A stretch of DNA of 54,254 bases, filler included, from Bipalium vagum (taxonomy: Eukaryota): assembly GCA_037834085.1 (NCBI GenBank). It is 3 parts of 3 records of this genome, joined end to end, with 100 filler letters (N's around TTAATTAATTAA, not from the genome) between each part and the next. Parts side by side here need not be neighbours in the genome. Positions count along the whole stretch, not along the records: positions 1 to 15,789 come from JBBMKC010145583.1; 2 more parts are not named here. One strand, 5' to 3'. The notes beneath the pieces were generated by a model that was not told the origin of the DNA, did no database searches, and saw only the letters and a program-made list of their open reading frames with translations. Each line of letters begins with the position of its first letter. The first letter of the stretch is position 1. The position numbers and the translations under genes are program-made. Shown here piece by piece: positions 1 through 13,340 of this stretch.

Positions 1-74
<74 letters not shown>

Positions 75-84
75 GTAGTAGTAG
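1..84. repeat. (AAT)n microsatellite grading into (AGT)n
   Basis: Perfect AAT repeats from position 1 to about 73, followed by agtagtagtagt. Confidence 0.95.
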
Positions 85-819
85 TCAAGTGGATATTTAT
101 GATTTACGGTTTCAGCAGTACAGTAGATATAATAATTTCATAGTAGATATAAATAAAATTTAATGGTTGTCATCCCATTTGATATGATGAGAATTTTCTT
201 CTCAGATCATCTGACTTATTTCTTTGAAAGTACGTTAGAGATAAATTATATATAAAAAATCGAAAACATAGGTGACCTAAACTAATTCGAAACACAAATA
301 AGGAAATTTCCAGGTAAATGTGCCAAAATATCATATAAAATTTCAATCAAGAGTTAATTTTTTCTGACAAAGCAAAGACAAAGATGATTTGCTTCAAAAG
401 TATTCTTAATTTCTGTAATTTCAAAAAAAGTAAAATAATGTTGTCTTTCTTAAAACGCCATTTATATAATATATCTACCAATTCTTTCTATTGATATTGA
501 CATAAATTTTAATAAAAAAAGAAAATAATTCAATTTTTCAATTTTTTAATAAAATAAGAAAATAATTCAATTTTTCGAATAAAATCTGATTTTAATAATT
601 TTATAAATGAAATATATTTTATAAATAAATAATAAAGGTTAAAAAGGATTAAATTAAGAACGGAAATATTTCTTATCTTAAAAATTCTTGAAATAAGAAA
701 TTCTGATTTCTTCATAAATGTTACAAACACAAAAAATATAGTTGAAAACGATAAATGTAAAATTTAGGTGAAATTATAACAAAGTGAATATTTTTAGATT
801 CACTTCAATGTCGTATTTT

Positions 820-3800
820 TTATTTGTGATACATATTTATGTTATGGTTATGAAATATAAATAAATGTGATTCAGACTGAATAATAAAAATGATGAAGTT
901 AAATATTACTTTTGTAGATATTTCACTCAAATAGAAATGGATGTAATAACACAATCTCGCTGAGTCAATCGCAAATCGTGATCCATACCCCACATGATCC
1001 ACAGCATTACAGTTAATATCAGAATCAGTAAAATGTGAAATTGAATTAATGAATTCTGACATTTGACTATAATATTCTCGACAATATAGTGCCATAGACC
1101 GCATATAATTTTCTTTGGTGTCGTCGATACCAGCAAAATTAGCAATGTTTTGAACACATTTTGCTACCTACAATATACTTATTGGTAAAAGTAAAAACTA
1201 ATACAATTATATAACATATATAATTTCTAAACCATAATAAATGCATTTGATAGTTGATAAGAAAACAATGTCGGTATGGAAACTATTTATAATTTTAATG
1301 AGTGACCATTAAAATTAAAATATATACAACAGATGAGGAAATTAAATATTTTTTAAAATCAACATATTTCGAATATAAAGTTCTAGATAAAAATAATTTT
1401 AAAAATATATAAAATCATGTAATATATTTTTTATTAAATTAATTTTGAAATGTTACGTGTAATTTTAATTTGAATTACTCTATCATAATTAATATATTTT
1501 TACTTTTATTGGATACAACATCTAATAATAAATAATCATTTGAAACAATATAATATAATATAATTTTTTTTATTTTAAATATCAAGATTTTTTTAAATTT
1601 TTCAAAATGTTTAAAACAAAAAATGGTTTTATCCAGTAAATATTTATGAAAATTATCAATGTGACATCATTAGAAGATAATTGATTAGAATATTAAAAAT
1701 CAAAAAAGATTTGAATGAAAAAGATTGTTTTAAAATTTCAAAATTGTCAGATAAAAAACGTTTATTATAAAAATATTTAAATATTGTTAAATTGGCAAGA
1801 CAGTAATTTCCAACTTTTTTGATTAAACTTGTTGCCATCCTTCGGGAAGCATAAAAAATTCCTCGTTCATAAAAGCTAATTAATTGGCTTATCTACAAAA
1901 ACTGAAACAATTCGAATTTTACGTCATCATTATTAGTATGAGTTTTACCATTCAAGAATGTTTGCATAGAGCAAAAAATAGTAATCGGACGGGGCAATGT
2001 GCGCAATAATTTTGTGTACAGAACTGTATACTTTCAGATCGTCATGATGAAAAATAATGCCTTCAAGATCTGAAAATTTTGTTTTTTTCTTGAATTTTCG
2101 TGTCCAATTTTGTCAACTGATAAATAAAAATATCAGAATTAATCATTTGTCAGCTTGACAAAATTTCGAAGTATATGATTCGTTATTTATTGCACTGCTT
2201 CCTTTGTCTTGCAACATGATATTTTCCAATAAACATTATTGAAGAAAATCCATTTTTCATCACGCGTTACCATTTTCAAAAATGGATTATTTTTGTTGTA
2301 TGTGATAATCAAAAGTATTGTCTAATGTGACTTTCTTAAGTTTATAAGGAACCCATAAATTGAGATTTTCACTTAGCCAATATGCTTGACATAAATTTGA
2401 TGCGCTAAGCTTCTGTCCAATGTGACTAATTTTTGTGACGATTCTCATTGATACAGTTTTTGATTTCGTTTTCATTGATACCTAGTGGATAGCCAATTCG
2501 TTTTTTATCTGAGTGAAAATCCCCCATTCGGAATTTTTCAAATAAATTCCGATATTGGCATTCTTTTAATGCATCCTCACCATTCCTACTTCATATACTT
2601 TTTGCAAGCTTGTTTTGGATTTTTGCATCTGTTTCATACATCTATGAAATTAAATTACTAGTTCAAATTTGAATCCATCAACTTTACTTTAATATTATTT
2701 AAACAATGATTATTTTATTTAAAATAGTTAAATTGAAGTTAAATATCTATGTAAAATCGGTAATAAAGTTTTTGCCAACCAAGCATTTTTTATTATATAC
2801 ATAATTATAATTCTCTTTTGAAAACCGAAAAAAGTACAATTTTTAAGGATTTTATTTCAATATCGTATTACTGAAACAAATCAGGACAGACTAATCAATT
2901 AATAAAAATAAGATTATTATAGCTTGTCATTTACGTCAATGCCAAAAATTGAAATATTACTTTAGACGTATTTTAGAACACGAATAGTCTTCATTCTGAT
3001 AAAGAAATTGATTTTTCATATTCGATTTTGTGTTCAGAATTTAAAACTTTCGCAAGGTAAACAATAATAGTATCTACTGTGTTAATTAATGTGACTTATA
3101 AATTCATTTGAATTAAGAAAATTATGACATTTTATTCGAAATCAATTTAAAGTAAAATATTTTTAAAGTGTTTTTTTGTTGAATCGTGAATTAGCCAATG
3201 TCTATGAATTGAGAAATACGAAAATATGAAAAATGATATAATAAATATAATTCTCATCATTATTTAACTAATCAAATTGAAGCTGAACGAAATGTTAATG
3301 ATTAGGTTGAGTAAAAGACACTAGATTATTAAATAATATATGCTAAATAATTTAATTAATCCATTATAAAAAATATTACCAAAGTGAAAGAACGATTGAT
3401 ATTGGAATTATCAGAATATTCTGGTAATAATTGAAATAGATATGGAGTCATAATTGCTGGGCACACCAATCTCAAAAAGAAACATGCTGAAACAACTTTC
3501 TGTGTAAATTCAAAGCTGAGAGTTCCACAATTTTTTAATTTGAACCTAATTTGACTGAATACTGCTCGAACTCGACTGGAATTAAATTATAAACTTTTAT
3601 AAATGTTATCTGATGCAGTTGGCAATTAATAAATTAATTAATAATGTTAGTACTTTTTATTATATATTATTATTTATATTTATATTATATTATATATATT
3701 TGATTATCATATATATATATATATATATATTATGTATATATTTGATTCATCGAGCTTACTTTAAAAATTATCTAACTTGTACTCTAGTTAAATGTTTGAA

Positions 3801-6800
3801 TATTTTTCAAAAATTTTAATTTATTCAATTTTTAAAAATATTTTCACTTATACCTTTATTAGGTAAAGTCTTATCATTAGGAACAAAGTCGAAAGGAATC
3901 CTCTTATAATATGTAGTAGTTATGATCTTAAAAAATAGAACCATGTATAATTTTTCATTAAATTGATATACACACAATGTTGTTTTGTTTTGTTCATTTT
4001 ATTTTAAAGTTAAAGTTTTAAATTACAAGGGTTACAAGACATAATGTCTAAAAAATTGATCAACAATATTATGAAATGGTAAATATTATCCAATCTCTGC
4101 TTAAAATATAAAATCAATAAAAAAAGTTTTATATTTTCATACATTTATTGAAATATTAAAAACAAAAATTAATATTAATAAAAATAATCTTAATTAAAAT
4201 AACATTGCACAAATTAAGAACTATTAAGATACCAAAAATTCTTGTCTCTTGATCGTTCAATATTTTCAATATTTTTAAGATTAACAATATCTTTATATGT
4301 AAGTTATTACAGTCACAAATTCCGATTCTGGAGTTTAGTAAGCTTGTGTAAAATAATAAGATTATTACAATATAAGAATGGATATTAAAGTGGTTAAATA
4401 AATAATTTACAAGACCTTTGATCATGCGCTGATATTTATTTAATGACTACCAAAATGTTAAGTTTTTGTATATAAAACTTAAGATTTTGAACCTAATTCT
4501 ATTAATAAAAGCGACTCATGTAACTCAATGTTTAAAGTTCCAAAAATTTTAGTTATTCCAATGAATGAGATAGATTTCGAGTATTAATGAATAATAAAAT
4601 TTTTTTAATTATTTAATTAAAATAACATTGCACAAATTAAGAACTATTAAGATACCAATAATGCTTGTCTCTTGATCGTTCAATATTTTTAAGATTAACA
4701 ATATCTTTATATGAAAGTTATTACAGTCACAAATTAATTTAATTTAATTTTTGTTGAAGCTAATTTTTTTAAATAAGACATTTTAAAAATTAAAATAAAA
4801 TAGTTTAAAAAATCCCGGATTGTTGAATCCAAAATTTTAAAATTTTTCTTCTCACATTCTTTTCTTATCTTTCCATTTTACGTTTTCAGCTCATATATAG
4901 ACTTACATTATAATGCACAAAAATTATTTATTTTAAATTAAGCATTTGATTTGATTAATCTTAAGCATTCAGCAGCTTTATTTAATGTCAAAGTTATTAT
5001 GAATATATAATATTATAAATATGAAATATTATATAATAAATAATTATTATATAATATAATAAATAGGGCGACCAATTTGCATAAAATCATTTAAAATTCA
5101 CACAAGATATGAAAAGTCCAAAAATTCAAAAACAGATCAATTTTCCTACATTAAAGATACTTACAGATATATCAATGAATTACATTTTGCCAATGATCCT
5201 GTTAAAATAAAGAAATATATTGGACAAAGATTACTTGCATCAGATTTAAAAACAATTGCAGAAGTCAATAACCCATCGATAAATCCCATTTATATATCTT
5301 ATTAAATGGATGTCCATCAGTATCTACCAGTGTTGAATGAAGCTTTTCTATGCTTAGAAAACTTCTTGCAAAAGATAGAAATTTTAGCACGTCAAACATT
5401 CCAGCATATGTTTTTATATTTTAATAACTTCGATGAGTTTCACGAAGAAACTGACGAAAGCGGTTTGTCGTAAATTCTTATTAGTAATATAACTATAAGG
5501 TGTTGTTTTGACTTATAATTTTATAAATGCATATTTTAACGACATAAATGCATATTTTAAGATTTTTAACTTCATAAATGCATATTTCTTCATTCATAAA
5601 TTCATATTTTTGGTCTCCCTAATAAAAAATAATTGTTATTATAAAATATTTTATTTAGTTTTAATATTTAATGAAAAATTGCCAGTTTTATGGAAATTCT
5701 GAATTTCAGAAATTATTATTCATCCTTTAATATAAATCATAAACCTAGTGTACATGACAAATAGATAAAAATCAAAAAATAAAGAAAATATATCAATATT
5801 TGACAAAAAAAAGATATTTTTTCATGATTTACTATGCACCGAATTAGGTGACACAAAACTTTCTTTGAATGAACCAGGTTTAATGAATAATATAATTTTA
5901 GCTAAAAATGATAAAATAAACCAGATGTTTATAATTAAATGTACATATTTCACTGAAGCTAACAAATTAAATTACCAAAGATTTTATAAAGGTTTATCAG
6001 AGAAAACACAATATAATGAAATACACTCTTTGAGAAAATTATTTGCCCGGGACACATTACTTATTAACTTGGAACAATTAGGCAATTTATTATTAAAGAA
6101 TGGCTTAAAATTTTACAGGCTTATCTAGATAGTTTAATGGATACTATGCCTAGAAAGGTTAATGCAATGAATGAAGCTAGAGGCGGGTACACCGAGTATT
6201 AACACTTATTTTATTTTTGTATTTTGTATGTTTGAATAAATAAAGTATTTTGAGTTAAAGGTTGTATATTTATTATGAAGTATGATTAACACAAGGTAAA
6301 ACGAAATATTCTTTCTAATACACAGTGTGCAAATAACTTTGTTAAAGAGTGTGTATTAATAGTTGTAACTTTCAAAATGTAAATACAGTATAATTTATAA
6401 ATTTATTATTATTACTTATTTATTTAAATATAATCTAATCAGATCTATTTATAATTATTAATAAAACGAATTACCGTGGAATAATATCAACACTGCTAAA
6501 TATTTTCATTAGAACTTTATCTACAATACTTTCCAGTTTCTGGTTGCGCTTCTTAATAGCAGAATAAGAAATACTCTCATTTCTTTTTAACAAGTGGTCT
6601 TGATCAATTTCTAAATCTCTGTTGTGATACATGATATCTTTGATTGTACTTTGGAGTATTTTTTGTAAATACTATAACAAATTTAATGATATTTATCCAT
6701 ATTATTAAACTACCAAATGACACTCAAGTTTAAGAAAACATTCAATTGATTTGGATGCCATGCTGTTTCCACGTAAAATAAGATTTATATCTGTAAAGTA

Positions 6801-9800
6801 ACATAAGCAATAATAAAAATGAAATAAATTTTTCTGATGATTTTTATAAAAATATTTTCCCTTGTCCAAACAACAAAGTATACTTCAAATAATTTTTCTA
6901 AAAGCCTGATTATATTTAAAAAGAATACCAATGTCAATTTGTGACAATCAAAAATTAAAAAGATGAACTATTAACGTAAAGACCTGGCAAAAATATTTGC
7001 ATATTGATTTTTAATATTGTGTTCTTAACATAAAAACGAGTATTAACAAAATTGTTTGCTTTTTTAATTAATGACAAAATATTTTTTAAATATAATATCA
7101 GCAAATTATCTGTGAGTTTAAGATCTATTACAGTCTTTCATTTTTATATTTGCATGATTTCATATTTATATTTGTTTGAATAAATCAGTTAATTTAAATT
7201 TCAAAAGATGAAATGAAAACAAAGAAAAATTAATATAAAGGATATTTACCACCGTTTGTAGTATATTTAGAACAGAACTGTTTACAATTAAAGAAATTGT
7301 TGAAGCTACCAACATCACTAGAAATAAGCTTAGTAATCTAATAAAGTTAATTGAAAAATGTGTTCCATTTTAAAGACCACGTGATAAGCTAGCTATTCAA
7401 TAATTCACCTTGAAAGATCAATTAAAATGGTTTTAAACCCTGGAAATAAATATGTAGACCAAATAGTGAGATTCTATCTACATATAAGAAATAGTTTGGA
7501 TAAAGCTGGAAAGAGAGAACCTTTTATTTAATAAAATTGTTAATGTGAAATCTTTTTTTCTTGATAAACATTGTAAATAGTTCAAACAAATATAAATATG
7601 AAATCATGGAAATATAATTTTAAAACAATTTCAACTGAAATGTGCATATATCTTGTACATATTATTTAAGTAAGTTATTTTTTTTTACTATTTTATTATA
7701 TTTATAACATCAAAATATGGAATTCATTTCATAAATTTTCTTAAATCTTTTTATTAGAGTAAAAATATTTGAGCAGATCTGATCTAATTAATGATTTATT
7801 CTTTGAATCTTAACTCTAAATTATATTAATAATAAACAAGTTCCAAATCTTCAACATATATAAATCTCAGAATATCTATTATTTTTTCCATCATGTATAC
7901 CAACATCTATGATATAGTGATGATAATTGACAGGAACTCAAATAATATCGTCTAGCATATCTCAGGTATTAAAGCAGACGTAGAATTTGTTTACTAAAGT
8001 GCATTAAATACACATTTGATATGAAATCCAACAATAATTCTGATAAAATTTGAAAATTCCTTTTTTAGAGTTATACATAAAACTTATTTCATAAATAATT
8101 TTGAATTTGTGAAAAATTTACATCATTAAAGTACAATTATGACAACAGGGATCATACATTGTAACTAAAAAAAGTTCATATATAATAATTATTATATTTT
8201 ATAAGATAATTTCAAACATCAGCTGTATCCTAAAACAGTAGATAGACATTTTATCAATATGAACAAGTATAAAAATTATTATTGAAACATTACCACAGGA
8301 TTGTGCTTCTTTTAAAATTAGTTCCGACAACAATTCTTCCACCCAATTTTCTGTAATGGACAATTGTATCATTGGTAAAATAAGTACTTCTCGATATTTT
8401 GCCTTCATTTCTGATTCCATTTCCTGTAAAATATTTACTCCATTCTTCTTTATAAATTCAATGAATTCCATATAAAATTCTGAATCTAGAACTTTTAGTG
8501 GAAAATATCTAGACTTCACTCGTAAAACCGGAGCAGAATCCATAATCTGATTATGAATTCTTTGGTTACTAGAAGGAAGATCATTTATATCACAGGCAGC
8601 AGAAAAAGTCAAATTATGAGAAAGCTTAGAAACCAAATTTGGTAAGCACACTGGAGAAGGTGAATACCACTTTTCAGTTACACAATGTTTATTTATATTT
8701 TCAATGGCAATATTCACGTGAGCTATTAATAGAATTGTTAATGTATCGCTCGTTTAAATTAATGTTTCTTACAAACTATCTGAGGTTCCTTATATTTTTC
8801 TTTGATCCGAGGCAATCTCCATAGACTTATTGAGACCATCTTAATGACTGGAAGACTCCTATAATTATTCAATTAAAATGCATTATATGCACATTTTAAA
8901 TTTACGATAATTCAAACTCCTCTCCCCAAAATAACATATCCTTCATTTCTTTAACTGATGTTCGAGCATAAATAAGACCATCAAGTTTAATTTCACAATA
9001 ATATCTTAATGTAGCATTATCTTTAAAATATTATATCAAAAACCAACTTGTTTTTATGTGTTAAATTTCTGGCTTCTTGAATACCAATACTCAACATATT
9101 TTCTTCGAAAATAATTGGACTTAAGGTATCAGAAATTGTATATCTAATTCTTAATAGTTAAAATAATAAATAAAGAAATAAAATTCAAATAATATTCAAG
9201 AATTCAAAATGAAACGGTATACGAAAAATTAAGGAACATTTTTTTTTAAAAGTTAAATTAAAATTACGTTAAAAATATACCACTTTCAACAAATACCACA
9301 TTATCCCACAAAGAATTCAAAACATCAATTTTATAAACGGTTTAGTAAATTTTTTCAGTACACAGTGATTGAGAAAATCAGGTAAATATTATAAAAAATT
9401 ATTTAATTTATGCATATATTTTATGAACTATTTATATTTTTATATAAAAGAACGTACATAAAAGTTTAAAAATAATATGCATCCGTATTGTACCTTTAAA
9501 TAGATAATTGAAATAATTATAAGTATGAGACCCATACCTTAACTAATTACTTATCGTTTAATACATTTTATTACATTCTAAGCAAACTGATATATTTGAT
9601 AATTGTTAAAATTATCTTTATTAATATAAAAATATAATTCTACAGAAAATGCGATAAAATATTACACTGAGCTTTATCAGACTTTTTATAAAAAAGAGCA
9701 TGAAGAAAATTTTCTAATGAAATCGAAAAACATAATATTCTCTAGGTTAATCGATGGTTGAAATAAAATAAAACCAATAATTTCTTTAAAATACTATTCT

Positions 9801-12317
9801 ACTAAAAAATTATTTCTCAACATATTTTTCGGAATATAGTTTTAATTTATTAAAAATGTTATTGAAAAAAATTTTTCATAAAATAAAATTATTTTTAAAT
9901 TAATTAATTATTTTTATTAATAAATTTTAATAAAGTCACAAATGCATTTTCGACATAATAAATTTGTTATGCACAATAATTATTGAACATTTAAGCCATA
10001 AATCTGAAGGAAAAGTTAAAATGTAAACCCGTGTTTTTTGAAAAAAATAGCTGCTTGTAAATATCTAAATATTGCTAAAGTCTTTAAATTTGACAAGAGA
10101 AAACAGCCAATTGGTTACATTATTAATCACAAAAATGTAAAACTATAATTTGTTAAATAGGATAAAATTATTTTCAGAAAAATAAATACATTTATTTAAT
10201 GTTTAGAGATTCTATAATAAAAAATGCAGAACTTTACTCTTTGATACAGTAATCTCTTTCTGTCTGACTTGCACAGCTAAAGACAATCGACTTCGTCTCA
10301 TTCGGCACACGATTAACAACTATCTGAAAATATGAGAGCATAAAGTAATTGCAACTTGCTTATGAATTATTTATAAGTAATATTAAATAAATCTAACATT
10401 AATTGTTGATAACTCCTTTATTATTCATGTTAATTGAGCGCTAGAATTGCGATTAATATAATACTTTATCTATCACTGTTTCATGCTTCATAATTCAATA
10501 CGTTTAATATAATTATCTTCATCAGCAGAATTATACTTATCAAGCCTTTCTCTAATTAAAACAGGAAAGAATATTTTTATCTTTACTTAATCATCGTCTG
10601 GCAGTATATTGAAAACCAATATATCTATGATAACGGAGTGAAAAAAATTTTATCATTGAAAAAATGTATAGATTCTTTTTTACTTGAAATTTTCAAGTTA
10701 CATTTCAAAATCCCTGTCATTATTCCGAATGGTGTAATATTCGGAATAATGATAAATTAATTAAAAATATGGCTGTCATCATAATGTGAAAAAGTTTTTC
10801 AGACATTTAAAAGTAATAAACCAAATGATTGATCTGTTCCACAGGATTCAATTAATAAATAAAACTTGTATTTATTTTCAGTTTCTTCAAAATTGAAACT
10901 GTTAAATTATCTTTTTAAAAATCATAAATACAACAGAATCGATTAAACTTGATAAATATGGCATAACAATTAAGGTGAGTCTTAATTTAAGACGGTTATA
11001 AAGATAGTTCTAAATTTTAGTATATATAATAAAAAGGTATCAATCCAAAAAACCGAATAATTCTCTGAAATATGACTATGCTGTGTTTGTGTATAATTCA
11101 CATCGAGGTTTGTATTTATTTAAAACCAGTTAAAATATTTCATAAAAATTATAATCGATAAATGACTGATCTTAATTATTTAAAATTCAAAAAATGGAAA
11201 ATCTTTTTTTACCCGATTAGAACTTAGATAAATTTAAACTAAGAAAAGTCTAGAGATAAAAATAATTATTGAAAATAATTTAGAAGAAAAACTAGAAAAA
11301 AATATCAAGTAAAAACAGATCTAACTCTTAAGTTACAAAAGTAAAGCATTACTGATTGTTTTACATAAGCAAAACAGAAATCTGCTCTAAAATTGAATAA
11401 TCTAAAAACGTAGAATTTCTCATTTTACAATTACATAAATATTTACGAATGCAAGAAAGTAGACCTTTCAAGATAGATTTTATTGCGTGAAATGATGTGA
11501 AATTTTAGGATAAATGAAGTGTTTGATATGTGGTTCGCACAAAAATATTCATAGCATTTGAAAATTCGAAAATTGCAACTGTCAAGAGTTGAACAATTTT
11601 TAACCCTAAACAGCAGCATCATTTAAAGAAAATAAAGAAACCCTAAATACATTCAAATTAAAATAAGTTTCAATCTGCAAATAAAACTGAATCTCCTTTG
11701 GAAAACTTTCAGGAAATTGACATTGTTATTTGAAATGAAGAACCAACATAAAAAAATGATTTTTTATCAACAGTTTTACAAATTAATTACATTAGATATA
11801 ATTAATTTTAAATTCCAAAACGTTTTTAAAATAAAATAATTATTGATTATCAAAATACTAATGAAGGCTTTAAAATCGGTATCAGATGATGGACATTTGG
11901 CACAACAAAGCCTTTAGAATCTATTTGATTTCAATATGAAAATTTCAACGTTTAAGCGATACCAAAATGTAAATCAAAAAATCATTTTATTGCGGCAATG
12001 AAATTAAAAATAAATAATGGAAATTGGAGTTTTTCTTCCAACTTATACCAACAGGTTCTGATTACATATCTACAAGAAAAAGAACTTGAAGTTGTTACTT
12101 AAAACCTGACAAAATTTTCTCAAAAAAAATGAAATTTTAAAAACAGGAATGCGAAAACTTTTCAAAGTTCTACAAATGAATTTTTACAAAATACAACTAT
12201 TTGTACATGGAGAAATAGATCGGTTTCAATTTTGAAAAATTTAAGCATGGGGAATCTTTAGCAAGGAATTAAACAAAGGGAAACTTTTCTTTCCGGTTTA
12301 TAAAAAACAGGCTTTAG

Positions 12318-12362
<45 letters not shown>

Positions 12363-13087
12363 AAAAAGAACTGATACGAGAATTTTCTGAAAATATCTGA
12401 TTCGAAGAAAGAAATATCTGAAAAAAATTCCAGACAGTTCTGAAAATAATTCCCATAAAATGAAATTGATTGTATTATAAATTTAATTAAAAACGCTCAA
12501 AATACTTTTCAATAACGTAAGACAGCATCAAGCTGAAATATAAAAAAAGAATTCAAAAATCATGATTCTTTCATAGACAAAAAAGACGGACTTCTTCACA
12601 AAGCCGTAAAAATAGTTCAGATGAATTAAATAAAACATTTAAAAATTTCCAAACGATGACCAAACCCACCATACCCGGTAACAATGACGTCTGCCCAGAC
12701 AAAGCGAATAGTGGATCGGCACAACGAGAGAAATCGACGAAAATTTGATCGAATCAATAAAACCGGCTTCGATGTGTTTGAAAGAAATGATTTTTTCCTC
12801 TCTATTGATATATTGACTATCGGCATATAAAATATTATATTGATCATTGATTAATTTTGTTGATTTCGGAGATATTTCCAATAATTCCACTGTTGAGCTG
12901 GACAGATTTCTGCAAATCAAACGTTTAAGATTCATACAACAAATAAAAATTGAAAATTGAATTATATAATGGTGATAAAAACAATTGATTCGATAATCAG
13001 ATCAATGACAGAATATGGAAGGGAAAATCATTTTACTTACGGATAGTGCGAAACATTCCGGTTCAAATGAATACAGCAAAAGCTCAT
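820..13087 (-). CDS. Ras GTPase-activating protein, SynGAP/DAB2IP/RASAL2(nGAP)/raskol family (partial PH + C2 + RasGAP), about 620 aa, 12 exons
   Basis: Hand-spliced GT-AG exons with consistent phases: 13087-13041, 12909-12675, 10323-10238, 9149-9048, 9004-8906, 8858-8773, 8722-8294, 6790-6714, 6671-6475, 3575-3380, 1167-910, and a probable last exon 876-820. PH end: VVPIHYSLCLGRRHCYR/IVFSCASQTERD. C2: YYCEIKLDGLIYARTS..LFWGEEF..EKWY. Arginine finger: ILRGNSMASK. GAP signature: FFLRLVCPAIMTP. Also RSFTLVAKCVQNIAN..KENYM. The first and last exons are less certain. Confidence 0.9.
1760..2782 (-). mobile_element. Degenerate mariner transposon inside a RasGAP intron
   Basis: Minus-strand fragments FEKFRMGDF, LWVPYKL, VTRDEKWIFF, GIIFHHDD, APSDYYF, FYERGI..LPEGWQQV with stops and frameshifts. 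TIR-like TTGGTTGGCAAAAACTTTATTACCGA at 2782-2757. Confidence 0.85.
4191..4735. repeat. Direct duplication of about 125-130 bp (copies 4191-4321 and about 4614-4735)
   Basis: Near-identical TAATTAAAATAACATTGCACAAATTAAGAACTATTAAGATACCA...TTATTACAGTCACAAATT. Copy 1 carries an extra 9-bp TCAATATTT. Confidence 0.9.
5064..5621 (+). mobile_element. Internally deleted hAT-like DNA transposon
   Basis: TIRs TAGGGCGACCAA / TTGGTCTCCCTA. Flanking 8-mers ATAATAAA / ATAAAAAA (7/8 match, TSD-like). hAT C-terminal motif CPSVSTSVE*SFSMLRKLLAKDRNF. Three subterminal ATAAATGCATATTT repeats. Confidence 0.7.
6022..6355 (+). mobile_element. Short internally deleted Tc1-like element
   Basis: Imperfect TIRs TACACTCTTTGAGAAAATTATTTGC / GCAAATAACTTTGTTAAAGAGTG. 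Tc1 C-terminus MDTMPRKVNAMNEARGGYTEY*. Confidence 0.75.
12325..12356. repeat. (TA)n microsatellite
   Basis: About 16 TA units. Confidence 0.9.
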
Positions 13088-13169
13088 TTTTTCATTTTAA
13101 TTTTGAAAAATCAATGCAAAATTCCTTCATTGCATAAAATTATCAAACAAACATTTCTGATTGTTATTA

Positions 13170-13340
13170 CTCATACGTGACGTAACTGATCAATAAGATA
13201 GCAGTACCTAATACGCGCACGTGTGTATAGCGTTGTGTATTAATATGTTTGTCTGTCTGTGTGCACACATGATTCAATATGTATGTGTGTATCGATAATT
13301 AAGTATGTGTCAGAAAATAACCACGGTTTCCTTAGCACGA
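13170..13340 (-). promoter_or_regulatory. Putative promoter of the RasGAP gene
   Basis: CpG-containing patch 90-250 bp upstream of the predicted ATG, with a CRE-like TGACGTAA (13178-13185) and an E-box CACGTG (13218-13223). Motif match only. Confidence 0.35.

Noticed and set aside
2025-2050. TATACTTTCAG..ATGATGA resembling U3 or C/D snoRNA boxes
   Set aside because: It lies inside mariner coding sequence on the other strand.
10355-10555. DEDNYIK peptide resembling the SynGAP PH segment
   Set aside because: Exon 12909-12675 supplies the homologous segment and splices in phase to 10323, so the match is likely coincidental.
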